Part shown: in pieces, positions 41,840-50,929 of the stretch
How the letters are laid out: every line of letters starts with the position of its first letter
Position numbering within the stretch: the stretch's first letter is position 1
Source of the DNA: a virus
Strand: one strand, 5' to 3'
IMG/VR virus record: IMGVR_UViG_3300050343_000177
Location: 16,432-80,431 of that record
Length of the DNA: 64,000 bases
Program-made: the position numbers and the translations under genes
Notes under the pieces: generated by a model
What the model was told of the DNA's origin: nothing
Database searches by the model: none
Seen by the model: the letters and a program-made list of their open reading frames with translations, nothing else

Positions 41840-42139
41840 ATGCTCTCTCTTGTTTAAATCATGATGTTCACACCTATGCCACATTACTATTCTCCACGCG
41901 AGAGAGTTTACACCCACGCTCCATTGATTCGATCCCGTCAAGAGAAGGATGAAATTGAATACATTTCAGACATCGCTATATATCTAATGGACAAGGATCC
42001 TGAGGATCGTAGACCAAAGAAGTGATTACTGATCTATAATCAAATAGTCGGGGCTCTGTTCTAAACATCCCCATTAAGTCCCGATCACAAGGGCCACGGG
42101 AATTGATCACCCGTGCAGTATTTAACTATCTGTTAACAC

Positions 42140-42673
42140 TTATATTCGTACTTACTTAGTGCGTAGTTAAAGTTTCGCAGTTCGCTTATGAGGTGAACTG
42201 CAGCTTGTTTATCATTCAATCTATTTATATAAAACTATGACTACCGAATTTGCAGCTATCAATGTAGATGAGTTGAATGAATTAATTTCTAAATTAACTT
42301 TTAATGATCGACTAGAATTCTGTTTCAGATCTAAGTCCCCTGCTGTACTTGCCTGGATTACACAATCTAAATTTTGTGGTGTTAATACTGCTCTTAGGCT
42401 TTCAGAAAATCCATGTATACCTGCCTTAGTTGAACAAAAGCTAGCAAGTCATCAGTATTATCATGTCAGAGAAAGAATTGCAAAACAAACTGAAAACAAA
42501 AGCTTGTTAATCAAATTACTTCAAGATTCAACTGTAACAGTAAAACGAGCTGCTGAAAAGAGACTTAAAGAACTACTTTCGCTTGTCTGATAGTTAACAT
42601 GTCAATTCTTACGTGTTAACTATTCATTGATTTGCTAACATTTATATTCGTACTTACTTAGTGCGTAGTTAAA
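42140..42673. repeat. 32-bp perfect direct repeat pair (42140-42171 and 42642-42673) flanking one gene
   Basis: TTATATTCGTACTTACTTAGTGCGTAGTTAAA twice. Confidence 0.9.
42237..42590 (+). CDS. HEAT / leucine-rich-variant repeat-like protein
   Basis: LSENP...KLA...VRERIA...KLLQD...VKRAA. Confidence 0.5.
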   Translation: MTTEFAAINVDELNELISKLTFNDRLEFCFRSKSPAVLAWITQSKFCGVNTALRLSENPCIPALVEQKLASHQYYHVRERIAKQTENKSLLIKLLQDSTVTVKRAAEKRLKELLSLV

Positions 42674-42687
42674 TATACCTAATTGTT

Positions 42688-43044
42688 ATGTTAAAGAAAC
42701 TTACTACTGGCTTAATTGCTAGTGCATGTTTGTTGTCTGCAGCTTTGCCTATTAAAAGCAACGCAGCTAACAGCACCATGCTTACTAGCTATTACGCTCA
42801 CTACTTCCACGGCAGGACAACTGCCAACGGTGAAGCATTCAATATGTATGCCAACACCGCCGCTCACAAAACCCTCCCGTTTGGTACAAGACTTCGTGTC
42901 TGCTATTCGGGATGCGTGGATGTCCGCATCAACGACAGAGGACCGTATATCGGTAATCGTCAGCTTGACCTTTCTTACGGCGCTGCTAAGCGCATTGGTC
43001 TGCTGGGTCCTGGTGTAGCAACAACTACCGTAACGTTTCTGTAA
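42688..43044 (+). CDS. rlpA: RlpA-family lytic transglycosylase (DPBB)
   Basis: [16 protein letters not shown]...[11 protein letters not shown]...VRINDRGPY...LDLSYGAA; signal peptide. Confidence 0.9.
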   Translation: MLKKLTTGLIASACLLSAALPIKSNAANSTMLTSYYAHYFHGRTTANGEAFNMYANTAAHKTLPFGTRLRVCYSGCVDVRINDRGPYIGNRQLDLSYGAAKRIGLLGPGVATTTVTFL

Positions 43045-43127
43045 CTCACAACGGTTAGTGTTCCGCGATAAAGTGTAAATAAGCGGGAGCAAATCCCATG
43101 CTCCTGCTATACGAAACGGAGTGAATT

Positions 43128-43340
43128 ATGTCCAGAACTTACAGACAAGCAAAGCTTGATAACAACCATTACAGAAACCCTCACACACAAAATGAGCGAC
43201 GTCAACTAAACGGATTAATTGCAGATGCAAGAATCAATGATTGCCGTATCAGTCCTGCTAATCGCCTATCTCGTCATATTCCTACAGACTTCGATGACTT
43301 GAAAGTTGCATCCTTTGCTGAAACTTTCTTCCAAGACTAA
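43128..43340 (+). CDS. Small basic hypothetical protein
   Basis: MSRTYR... with GGAG upstream. Confidence 0.55.
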   Translation: MSRTYRQAKLDNNHYRNPHTQNERRQLNGLIADARINDCRISPANRLSRHIPTDFDDLKVASFAETFFQD

Positions 43341-43443
43341 GTAATAACACTTATGCGCATATCAAGACATAACGTGTAGAATTATGAAGTAGGGATAACC
43401 TCCCGAGTACTTCGCCTTAATACACAAACAATGTCTTATTTAA

Positions 43444-44532
43444 ATGTCTTCAACTATTCTCACGCCCAGGTCTAATCCCCTTAAGGATACCTGGGATTCT
43501 TATCTCAACTGGGTCACAAGCACTAACAATCGTCTTTATGTCGGACTCTTCGGCACATTGATGATCCCTTGCTTGCTTGCGGCCACTACTTGCTTCATCA
43601 TTGCTTTCATCGCTGCTCCACCTGTGGACATCGATGGTATTCGCGAAGGTGTCTCTGGCTCTCTTCTGTGGGGTAACAACATCATCTCTGGTGCTGTTGT
43701 CCCTAGCAGCAATGCAATCGGTCTTCATATGTATCCGATTTGGGAGGCAGCATCTCTCGATGAATGGCTCTACAACGGTGGTTGCTATCAGCTAATTATT
43801 TTCCACTTCCTTATTGGAGTCTGGTGTTACGCCGGACGTGAGTGGGAACTTTCCTATCGCTTAGGTATGCGTCCTTGGATCTTTGTAGCTTTTACTGCAC
43901 CTTGTGCCGCTGCTACTGCTGTATTCCTTATCTATCCTATCGGTCAAGGTTCATTCTCCGATGGCATGCCTCTTGGTATCTCCGGCACTTTTAACTATAT
44001 GTTGGTTTTCCAAGCAGAGCACAACATCTTGATGAACCCTCTACATATGCTCGGCGTAGCTGGAGTATTTGGAGGCGCACTGTTCTCTGCAATGCATGGA
44101 TCACTTGTTACCTCTTCACTTGTTCGTGAAACGACTGAATTCGAATCACAAAACAATGGCTACAAGTTCGGTCAAGAACAAGAGTCGTATAATATCGTTG
44201 CAGCGCATGGTTACTTCGGTCGCCTAATCTTCCAATACGCAAGCTTCAATAACTCTCGTTCACTTCACTTCTTCTTGGCAGCATTCCCTGTTGTTGGTAT
44301 CTGGTGTGCAGCACTGGGCGTTAGCACAATGGCGGCAAACTTGAATGGACTGAACTTCAATCAGTCAATTCTTGACACTCAAGATCATGTTATCCCTACT
44401 TGGGCTGACATTCTGAATCGTGCCAATCTTGGCTTTGAAGTGATCCATGAAAGGAACGCCCACAACTTCCCGCTCGATCTTGCGTCAACTAGCGCCACAC
44501 CTGTGGCCTTGATTGCACCATCTATTGGTTAA
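43444..44532 (+). CDS. psbA: Photosystem II D1 protein
   Basis: Full-length D1: [38 protein letters not shown]. Confidence 0.99.
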   Translation: MSSTILTPRSNPLKDTWDSYLNWVTSTNNRLYVGLFGTLMIPCLLAATTCFIIAFIAAPPVDIDGIREGVSGSLLWGNNIISGAVVPSSNAIGLHMYPIWEAASLDEWLYNGGCYQLIIFHFLIGVWCYAGREWELSYRLGMRPWIFVAFTAPCAAATAVFLIYPIGQGSFSDGMPLGISGTFNYMLVFQAEHNILMNPLHMLGVAGVFGGALFSAMHGSLVTSSLVRETTEFESQNNGYKFGQEQESYNIVAAHGYFGRLIFQYASFNNSRSLHFFLAAFPVVGIWCAALGVSTMAANLNGLNFNQSILDTQDHVIPTWADILNRANLGFEVIHERNAHNFPLDLASTSATPVALIAPSIG

Positions 44533-44539
44533 TTCAACT

Positions 44540-44565
44540 AGGCTCTATTACATAGGGCCTTTTTT
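44540..44565 (+). terminator. Intrinsic terminator after psbA
   Basis: GGCTCTAT-TAC-ATAGGGCC then T6. Confidence 0.75.
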
Positions 44566-44714
44566 AATGCAATGAACCTAAACAAAGAACAACTGAATGA
44601 TGTGAGACATGCAGTGGCTTACTATATGTACCACCACGTATCTATTCAGAACCCACGGTATAACGATTATGAAGTTATACTACAATTGTTAAGTGATACT
44701 AAAGAGGAGGCTAA

Positions 44715-45026
44715 GTGAATGATATCGCTTGGGTAGCTGGAGTTTTTGAAGGAGAAGGTTCTATAAACCTTGTCCCAAATAGACCCAGCAGTGCAGCCCT
44801 TCAAGTTGCAATGACTGATTACGATATTATTCTCCGCATTCAACAAGTGCTAGGAGGTAATGTATATCAACGTAAACAGTACAAAGCACATCACAAGCCT
44901 TGCTGGCTTTGGCAAGTGACTTCTAAAGAACAATGCTACGACGTGCTAACTAAACTATTACCTTGGTTTGGCGAGCGTCGTTCATACAAAGCTCTCAATA
45001 CTCTTGATCATCTAGATAAAATTTAA
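44715..45026 (+). CDS. Single-motif LAGLIDADG endonuclease-like protein
   Basis: IAWVAGVFEGEGSI...VAMTD. Confidence 0.85.
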   Translation: MNDIAWVAGVFEGEGSINLVPNRPSSAALQVAMTDYDIILRIQQVLGGNVYQRKQYKAHHKPCWLWQVTSKEQCYDVLTKLLPWFGERRSYKALNTLDHLDKI

Positions 45027-45027
45027 A

Positions 45028-45219
45028 ATGACTGTAACAAGTAACGAACGCGGCCAACAGAATCTCTGGGCCAAAGAACCACAAATGCAAATCATGGAGG
45101 TCCAAGTGACACACAACGAAATCGCAGAAAAGCTCAACGGTCGTCTAGCAATGCTTGGCGTTATTGCAGCCATTGGGGCCTATGCACTAACAGGCGATAT
45201 TATCCCTGGTATCTTTTAA
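45028..45219 (+). CDS. hli: High-light inducible protein
   Basis: AEKLNGRLAMLG...TGDIIPGIF; N-terminal QQNLWAKEP. Confidence 0.95.
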   Translation: MTVTSNERGQQNLWAKEPQMQIMEVQVTHNEIAEKLNGRLAMLGVIAAIGAYALTGDIIPGIF

Positions 45220-45276
45220 CTAATGGGCGCAACTAGCGCCTATTATTGTTAGAATAAGTGGGTTGGAATTAATACT

Positions 45277-45594
45277 ATGACCCACGATATTGCGTGGGCC
45301 ACTGGTGTTTTTGAAGGTGAAGGTTATATTGTTCTTCACCCTAAATGTGTTTCAGTTCGTATTGGAATGACCCAATCAGATTTGGATATTCTTGAACGTA
45401 TGCAACAACTCTTCGGAGGCACCATTGGTCCCAAAAGCTACAAAGCTAAACCAGCTCACTGGAAACCTACTTGGCAGTGGCGACTTGGTCGTTCTGCAGA
45501 AGTTCGTTCTGTTTTAGAACTGATGCTTCCGCTTCTTAGTGAGCGACGCGCTTGTAAAGCACAAGACGCACTTGACAAACTTGATGGAGTTTAA
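45277..45594 (+). CDS. Single-motif LAGLIDADG endonuclease-like protein
   Basis: IAWATGVFEGEGYI. Confidence 0.85.
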   Translation: MTHDIAWATGVFEGEGYIVLHPKCVSVRIGMTQSDLDILERMQQLFGGTIGPKSYKAKPAHWKPTWQWRLGRSAEVRSVLELMLPLLSERRACKAQDALDKLDGV

Positions 45595-46087
45595 CTATGT
45601 ATTTTAATTTTCCAGGCGGGTTCTACGGAGGACCTTGCCTGATGTTTAACATTTACTCCTGGTAAATACTGACCCAATGCCCCCGACTGGGGGCTATGAT
45701 TAAAAAGTGACCAACGAATGGTCTGTCGTTTATATCTCAAATCACATGGAAATGTCACGCGAGCAGCTTCAAGAGCTGACTGAAATAATTGAAGACACGA
45801 TTCAATACAGTTGCGATCAATGGCAAATCTCAGGCGAGAAAGCCTGGACTGTCCTTCACTATCTCTCAATTGCAAAGCTTGCTGAGCTTGAAGGCTTAGT
45901 CACTTCAGATGTTGCCTGATGGCAGCGTCTGTAAGCAACGTCTATGACGTCCTTGAATGCGTCAAAAATAAAGTAGAAGAGCTATGCGTAGCAGAAGAGG
46001 TTTCTCCTCTGCTTGTATGGCTATTGCTACGGCAGCAAGCTGACTATCAGCTGTTACTTCTACAAGATTCAAACAAATAACTTCTAT

Positions 46088-46103
46088 GCCCCCTACCGGG
46101 GGC
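46088..46103 (+). repeat. Hairpin repeat, outlying copy lacking the TGTG tail
   Basis: GCCCCC-TACC-GGGGGC; a similar GCCCCC-GACT-GGGGGC lies at 45679-45694. Confidence 0.65.
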
Positions 46104-46157
46104 TGTAGTTCGTAATGCCCATTCGTGGGTATCTGTTCCTTTATATTTTTTCTACAG

Positions 46158-46805
46158 ATGACTGTTCTTAGCACCGCAACAATCGATCCAGCAGCAGCAC
46201 TTGTCGCAGAATTTGCTGGCGGTAGTGACTCTAGTGTTGACATGATGGTTGGCATTGGCGTCCTCAAGGATTCCGATGCAGTGTTCTTTCAATACCTAGG
46301 TGACACCAATGAGCCTGCTGCACTGATGTTGCAGTCTGGTAAGCCTCTCACTCGTATGGGTAACGTCACACTCACTGGTATCAGTGTTGCTGATGACATC
46401 GGTGAGTTCAATGCCACCAAGCTCAATGTGTTCCTTGAGTCTTCTAAGGGCACAACCGTGCTTGTCACCAGTGGTCTGACAACCATCTGGTCTCAGTGCA
46501 TCATCAATGGCTTGATGGCCATGTTCAACGGCGGTGATCTCACCTGCCCATTCAACCTCGACACTTGGAAAGGTAACTCCAAGATGAAGCCTTGCTTCGG
46601 TAGCATCCGCGTTGGTCAAGCCAAGATGTCAGACAATGACTTGTATGAGCAACTGCGTGACGCACGTACTGATGGCAACAAGCAGCTTGTCGAGACAATC
46701 ATGCGTGACTCTGTGCAGATCCTTTCTCACGCTTTGACTGGTGGTCCAGTCGAAGAAGCTGTTGTTACTACTGAGCCGACTGTGACGGTAGCTGCCGACT
46801 TTTGA
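46158..46805 (+). CDS. Hypothetical protein
   Basis: 215 aa from ATG 46158, strong coding bias. Confidence 0.65.
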   Translation: MTVLSTATIDPAAALVAEFAGGSDSSVDMMVGIGVLKDSDAVFFQYLGDTNEPAALMLQSGKPLTRMGNVTLTGISVADDIGEFNATKLNVFLESSKGTTVLVTSGLTTIWSQCIINGLMAMFNGGDLTCPFNLDTWKGNSKMKPCFGSIRVGQAKMSDNDLYEQLRDARTDGNKQLVETIMRDSVQILSHALTGGPVEEAVVTTEPTVTVAADF

Positions 46806-46972
46806 GTTTCCTCAGTTCCGTAAGGATATAGGTCAGTTATCTATGGCACGGCGTTCATTACGCGCTGTGCTTTTACACATAGATATTGACCCTGGGCAAA
46901 CCAATGTTGATACATTGCTCGCATTACTCGATCATTTTTACGAATACCCAGACGATTACAAAGAGATAATTC

Positions 46973-48851
46973 ATGACTCAATCTGAATACATAAGTGTCT
47001 TCAAAGAAGACTTAGTCGATGCAGTAAAGCTTTGCCATGCAGGGCTAGCACAAGACTCACCAAAGATGCCTAAAGAGTATCTCAACGAACTGTTGAATCT
47101 TTTGTTTGGCTATATGCCTGTCTCTAGCAGAGCTGAGATTGCTACGTATTTAGCTGAGAAGTCTTACTTACCACCACTCAAACTGATTGATCCTAATGAA
47201 ATGAAAGCAACGGTTGCTGCTTCTGACCTGCTTAAAGGCTTATGAAGTATCGCATCCGTTACACCGATAAAACTGACTACACACAAGAGATCATTGTTGA
47301 TGCTCCCAATGTTCGGGAAGCAATCGATGATGCTCTTGAGCAGTTACCAGACAACATCGTAATTCTTTCTGCACTGCAAGCAAACTTATGACAGTAACCT
47401 ACAAGCCTCAAGCGATCACTCACCTGATCTATGAGATAGAAAAACTAGGTATCGAGACAAGAGTACAAAGCACTTACTTCGGATATGAAGTCTGTGTTCA
47501 TATCTATGGCAATAACGAGCGTGCCGCAATCATGTCTGTCAATCAGTTCATCAACTGGGCACCTAACTACATCGCTGACTATGGCAACAAGCCTGAGTCA
47601 GAAGATCTAGATGACTGGATGGACTACACCAATGATGAGGTTATTTGATGACAGTAGTAATTAATCACCACCTCGTGCTTACAAAACGAGAGTGGACAGC
47701 AGTAATCAATGCACTCGATTTCATGGACGTACACCTGCACGGCAAGACAGACGAACTTCAAACTTTGCTCGAATTAGAAGATGATTTGAAGGAAGTATTT
47801 CCTTCTGGTTTCCTATGTGAGACATCAAAAAAAATTGCTACTTCTAAATGACACTATCTGCTGTAGAGCAAACAAAGTTTCGTGCCTACATAGCTAACCG
47901 CTTGTTACGCGAAATAGAAATTCTAATTCCTGAATACATTCACACTAATGCTTATTTGATTCATGACATTGAAGACAAAGGCTACGAGGAAGTAGAAGAA
48001 GCGTATGTCCAAGACGCTTTCAACATTGCATTTAACTGGACACCTGACCCTTACGGTAAATCATGACAACTTATGTGATTGAGCAGCACATCGGTTACAT
48101 CACCGATTCAAAAGGCTCAACCAAATGGTGGAAGCCTATGGAAACATTTGAAGATCAATATCTTGCTGAAAAAGAATTAGATCTTCTCAGTCAAATTCCC
48201 TACTGCACGTATCGATTAATCACTACTGACTAATGACTGATGCTGAAACAGTAATCATCGTTGAAACACAACTAAATAACCTCGCTTCCATTCTCGATGG
48301 AGAATGGAGGCGTGTGTCAGTGTTGCATTCAAACGGTGAATCTGAAGACCAAATCATTATCACCTTCAACAAAACTAGATCAAACAAATGAATCCATACA
48401 TCACTGAGATGGAAGCTATCCCTGTGTCTGAACCACACATGGTAGCTGTGTTTAACCCAGCAACACTTGAAGAAGATGAGCACCTCGGCTACGAAGCTGA
48501 GATGCAATACAAGCGTAAGGATCCTGCGATTAAAACTATCTTGTGTTCAAGACTTGACACTGTAAATGTAGGCGAACCTGTGATGCTAGTGTATCATCAT
48601 GGTATGCGTTCCTACAAACATAATAGGCACGTTATTGTTTCAAACCCCAGTAATTGTATTGGAGGTTTTTACTATACAAATGGCACAGAAGCATGAACTT
48701 ACACCAGATGCTAATGGCACGTGAGCAGCTAATGCATGACATTGCTTGTATTATTGAATCTCACTTTGGTGAAGTCGAATACAAAGATGAAGTTATTAAG
48801 CAGTTATGCGATGCCGTTTGTGAAAACTTTTCTATTCCAGACGAATCATGA
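46973..48851 (+). CDS. Run of small hypothetical genes (46973, 47388, 47645, 47848, 48388, 48694 and others)
   Basis: Tightly packed, overlapping start/stop ORFs of 50-100 aa. Confidence 0.5.
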
Positions 48852-49198
48852 TGAAATCCTACGAGCTCTATGTATTCACACAACCCAATTGCCCACCATG
48901 TGAGCGACTAAAAGCTCACGTCAGTTGCCTTACTGAAGCTCAGAGAGCCACGTTGCATTACGTCCCTCTACGTGCACCTAACGGTAACTACACAGCCCTT
49001 GCAGAGGAACTTGAGGTTACTAAAACACCAACCTTGGTTGTGGCCTACGAGGGACTTTCTTGCCGTCTCGATGAAGACGGAGACGAAGACTGTGACTATA
49101 CGGAAGAAGCAGTCGAGAGATTCATTGGCGCGAATGCAATCATTGAAAATCTTGACTCAACCATCGACGCTTACACCTACGCAAATCCTCCTGAATGA
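48848..49198 (+). CDS. Thioredoxin/glutaredoxin-like protein
   Basis: VFTQPNCPPCERLK, cis-Pro TPTL. Confidence 0.8.
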   Translation: MMKSYELYVFTQPNCPPCERLKAHVSCLTEAQRATLHYVPLRAPNGNYTALAEELEVTKTPTLVVAYEGLSCRLDEDGDEDCDYTEEAVERFIGANAIIENLDSTIDAYTYANPPE

Positions 49199-49697
49199 CA
49201 GACGAACAAGTTCAAGAACTTAAGTGTGCACTTACTGATGCTTTTTTAAAAGATCTATCTGAAGAAGACATCTTTGGAATTGCTCAACGACTCCTAGATG
49301 ACGGATGGGCTGAATACTCCCAGTCTGAATTAATAGAAGAAGCTGAATATTTAAATGTACCTCTACCGATTTCTCCTAAATGACACCTGAAGAACGCAAG
49401 TTATACCAAGAATACCTGGCTGACTTTGACCCCACACCGCAACACGGCGGTGATGACTATGACTATCCACTATCTGAAGACAGCTGGCTTGAAGAATATG
49501 TTGAAGAAAAAATTTAAAGTTGAACTAACTATTGATTGTAGACCCAGTCTTATTGAACATCTGTTAGAAGAGTTTATAGCGACTGCGGATTTTGAGAACG
49601 CAAACGTGAATTCATATACATACTACGGACTAACTAATGAGCAAGAAGAAGCAGGCTAAATCCCTCACTATCACTACCTTTTAGGTAGAATAGATGT

Positions 49698-50234
49698 ATG
49701 AATATCTACTATACATACGCCTATTTACGAGAAGATAAGACGCCTTATTACATCGGCAAAGGTAAAGGTCCAAGAGCATTTAGAACTTCTAATCGCCACT
49801 GTCCTTGCCCCGCAGATAAATCACGAGTTCTTTTTCTTAAGACAGGATTATCTGAAGCCGACGCTTTCAAGCACGAGGTTTATATGATTGCTGTGCTCGG
49901 TCGTAAAGACTTAGGCACGGGGATACTACGAAATCTTACTGACGGCGGGGAAGGCACATCTGGTAACAAACGGAGCGAAGAGTTCCGTGCTCGTATGTCT
50001 GAAGTTCATTCAGGTAAAACTATATCTGAAGAACAAAAGCATCAGATAAGTAAGACACTTACAGGTCGCACAATTCCTCCAGAAGCTAGACGCAATATGA
50101 GCCTATGTAAGTTAGGCAAAAAGAAATCTCTTGAAACTCGCAAGAGAATGTCTAAACCAAAATCAGCCGAAACTCGCAAGCGAATAAGTATCGCACAAAA
50201 AAATCGACACAGGAATAATAATGAGCAAACGTAA
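49698..50234 (+). CDS. GIY-YIG homing endonuclease with NUMOD3 repeats
   Basis: YYTYAY...YYIGKGKGPR...NLTDGGEG; SxETRKRMS repeats. Confidence 0.9.
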   Translation: MNIYYTYAYLREDKTPYYIGKGKGPRAFRTSNRHCPCPADKSRVLFLKTGLSEADAFKHEVYMIAVLGRKDLGTGILRNLTDGGEGTSGNKRSEEFRARMSEVHSGKTISEEQKHQISKTLTGRTIPPEARRNMSLCKLGKKKSLETRKRMSKPKSAETRKRISIAQKNRHRNNNEQT

Positions 50235-50451
50235 GCAAGGGGTCATCGAGACCAAAGGCACTATCTATAAAGAGAGTGGTAATGGATACTTCAATGTATC
50301 TCTGGATGAACCAGCTGGTCACACTGCACTTTGTCGTGCGTCAGGACGTTTAATCACACGTAAGATTCAACTTCTTGTCGGCGACAAAGTTACAGTTGAA
50401 CTCAGTGAATATGACCTTGGAAGGGGTCGTATAACCCTGCGTGAAAAGTAG
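50221..50451 (+). CDS. infA: Translation initiation factor IF-1
   Basis: IETKGTI...FNVSLD...SGRL...IQLLVGDKVTVELSEYDLGRGRITLR. Confidence 0.9.
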   Translation: MSKRKQGVIETKGTIYKESGNGYFNVSLDEPAGHTALCRASGRLITRKIQLLVGDKVTVELSEYDLGRGRITLREK

Positions 50452-50491
50452 AACGTTCAATGGTTACACTAAAGAAACCCGAAAAATATAA

Positions 50492-50929
50492 ATGACATTA
50501 CTAGAACAAGCTATCGCCTTTCGCGAAGCATTCAATCAAGAGATGATTGACGGAATGACAAGGTATGGCTTTGTCAAAGAACGTCTGTTCAATATGCAAG
50601 CTGGTCTTATTGAAGAAGAAGCTAATGAGTTTCTCCAAGCTGCACGTGACTTAGAGGGAGCACCAAACACTCCTGCTAATCACATCGAAGTACTCAAAGA
50701 ACTAAGTGACGTAGTCTTTGTCTGTTATCAGTTCGCTGCTGCCTACGGGTTAGATCTAGACACAGCTATGCAACGTGTTTATGAATCTAATATGAGTAAG
50801 CTAGATGATGACGGCAACCCAATCTACCGTGATGACGGTAAGGTTCTTAAAGGACCTAACTATAAGAAACCAGATTTGTATGACCTGGTGCCACTTAGCA
50901 ATCTTCAATATGATACTTCAAGCAAATGA
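50492..50929 (+). CDS. MazG-like nucleoside triphosphate pyrophosphohydrolase
   Basis: LIEEEANE...KELSD...VYESNMSK...DGKVLKGPNY. Confidence 0.85.
   Translation: MTLLEQAIAFREAFNQEMIDGMTRYGFVKERLFNMQAGLIEEEANEFLQAARDLEGAPNTPANHIEVLKELSDVVFVCYQFAAAYGLDLDTAMQRVYESNMSKLDDDGNPIYRDDGKVLKGPNYKKPDLYDLVPLSNLQYDTSSK

Noticed and set aside
43444-44532. Intron in psbA, or a rogue D1 lacking Mn ligands
   Set aside because: The ORF is continuous and all oxygen-evolving-complex ligands are present.
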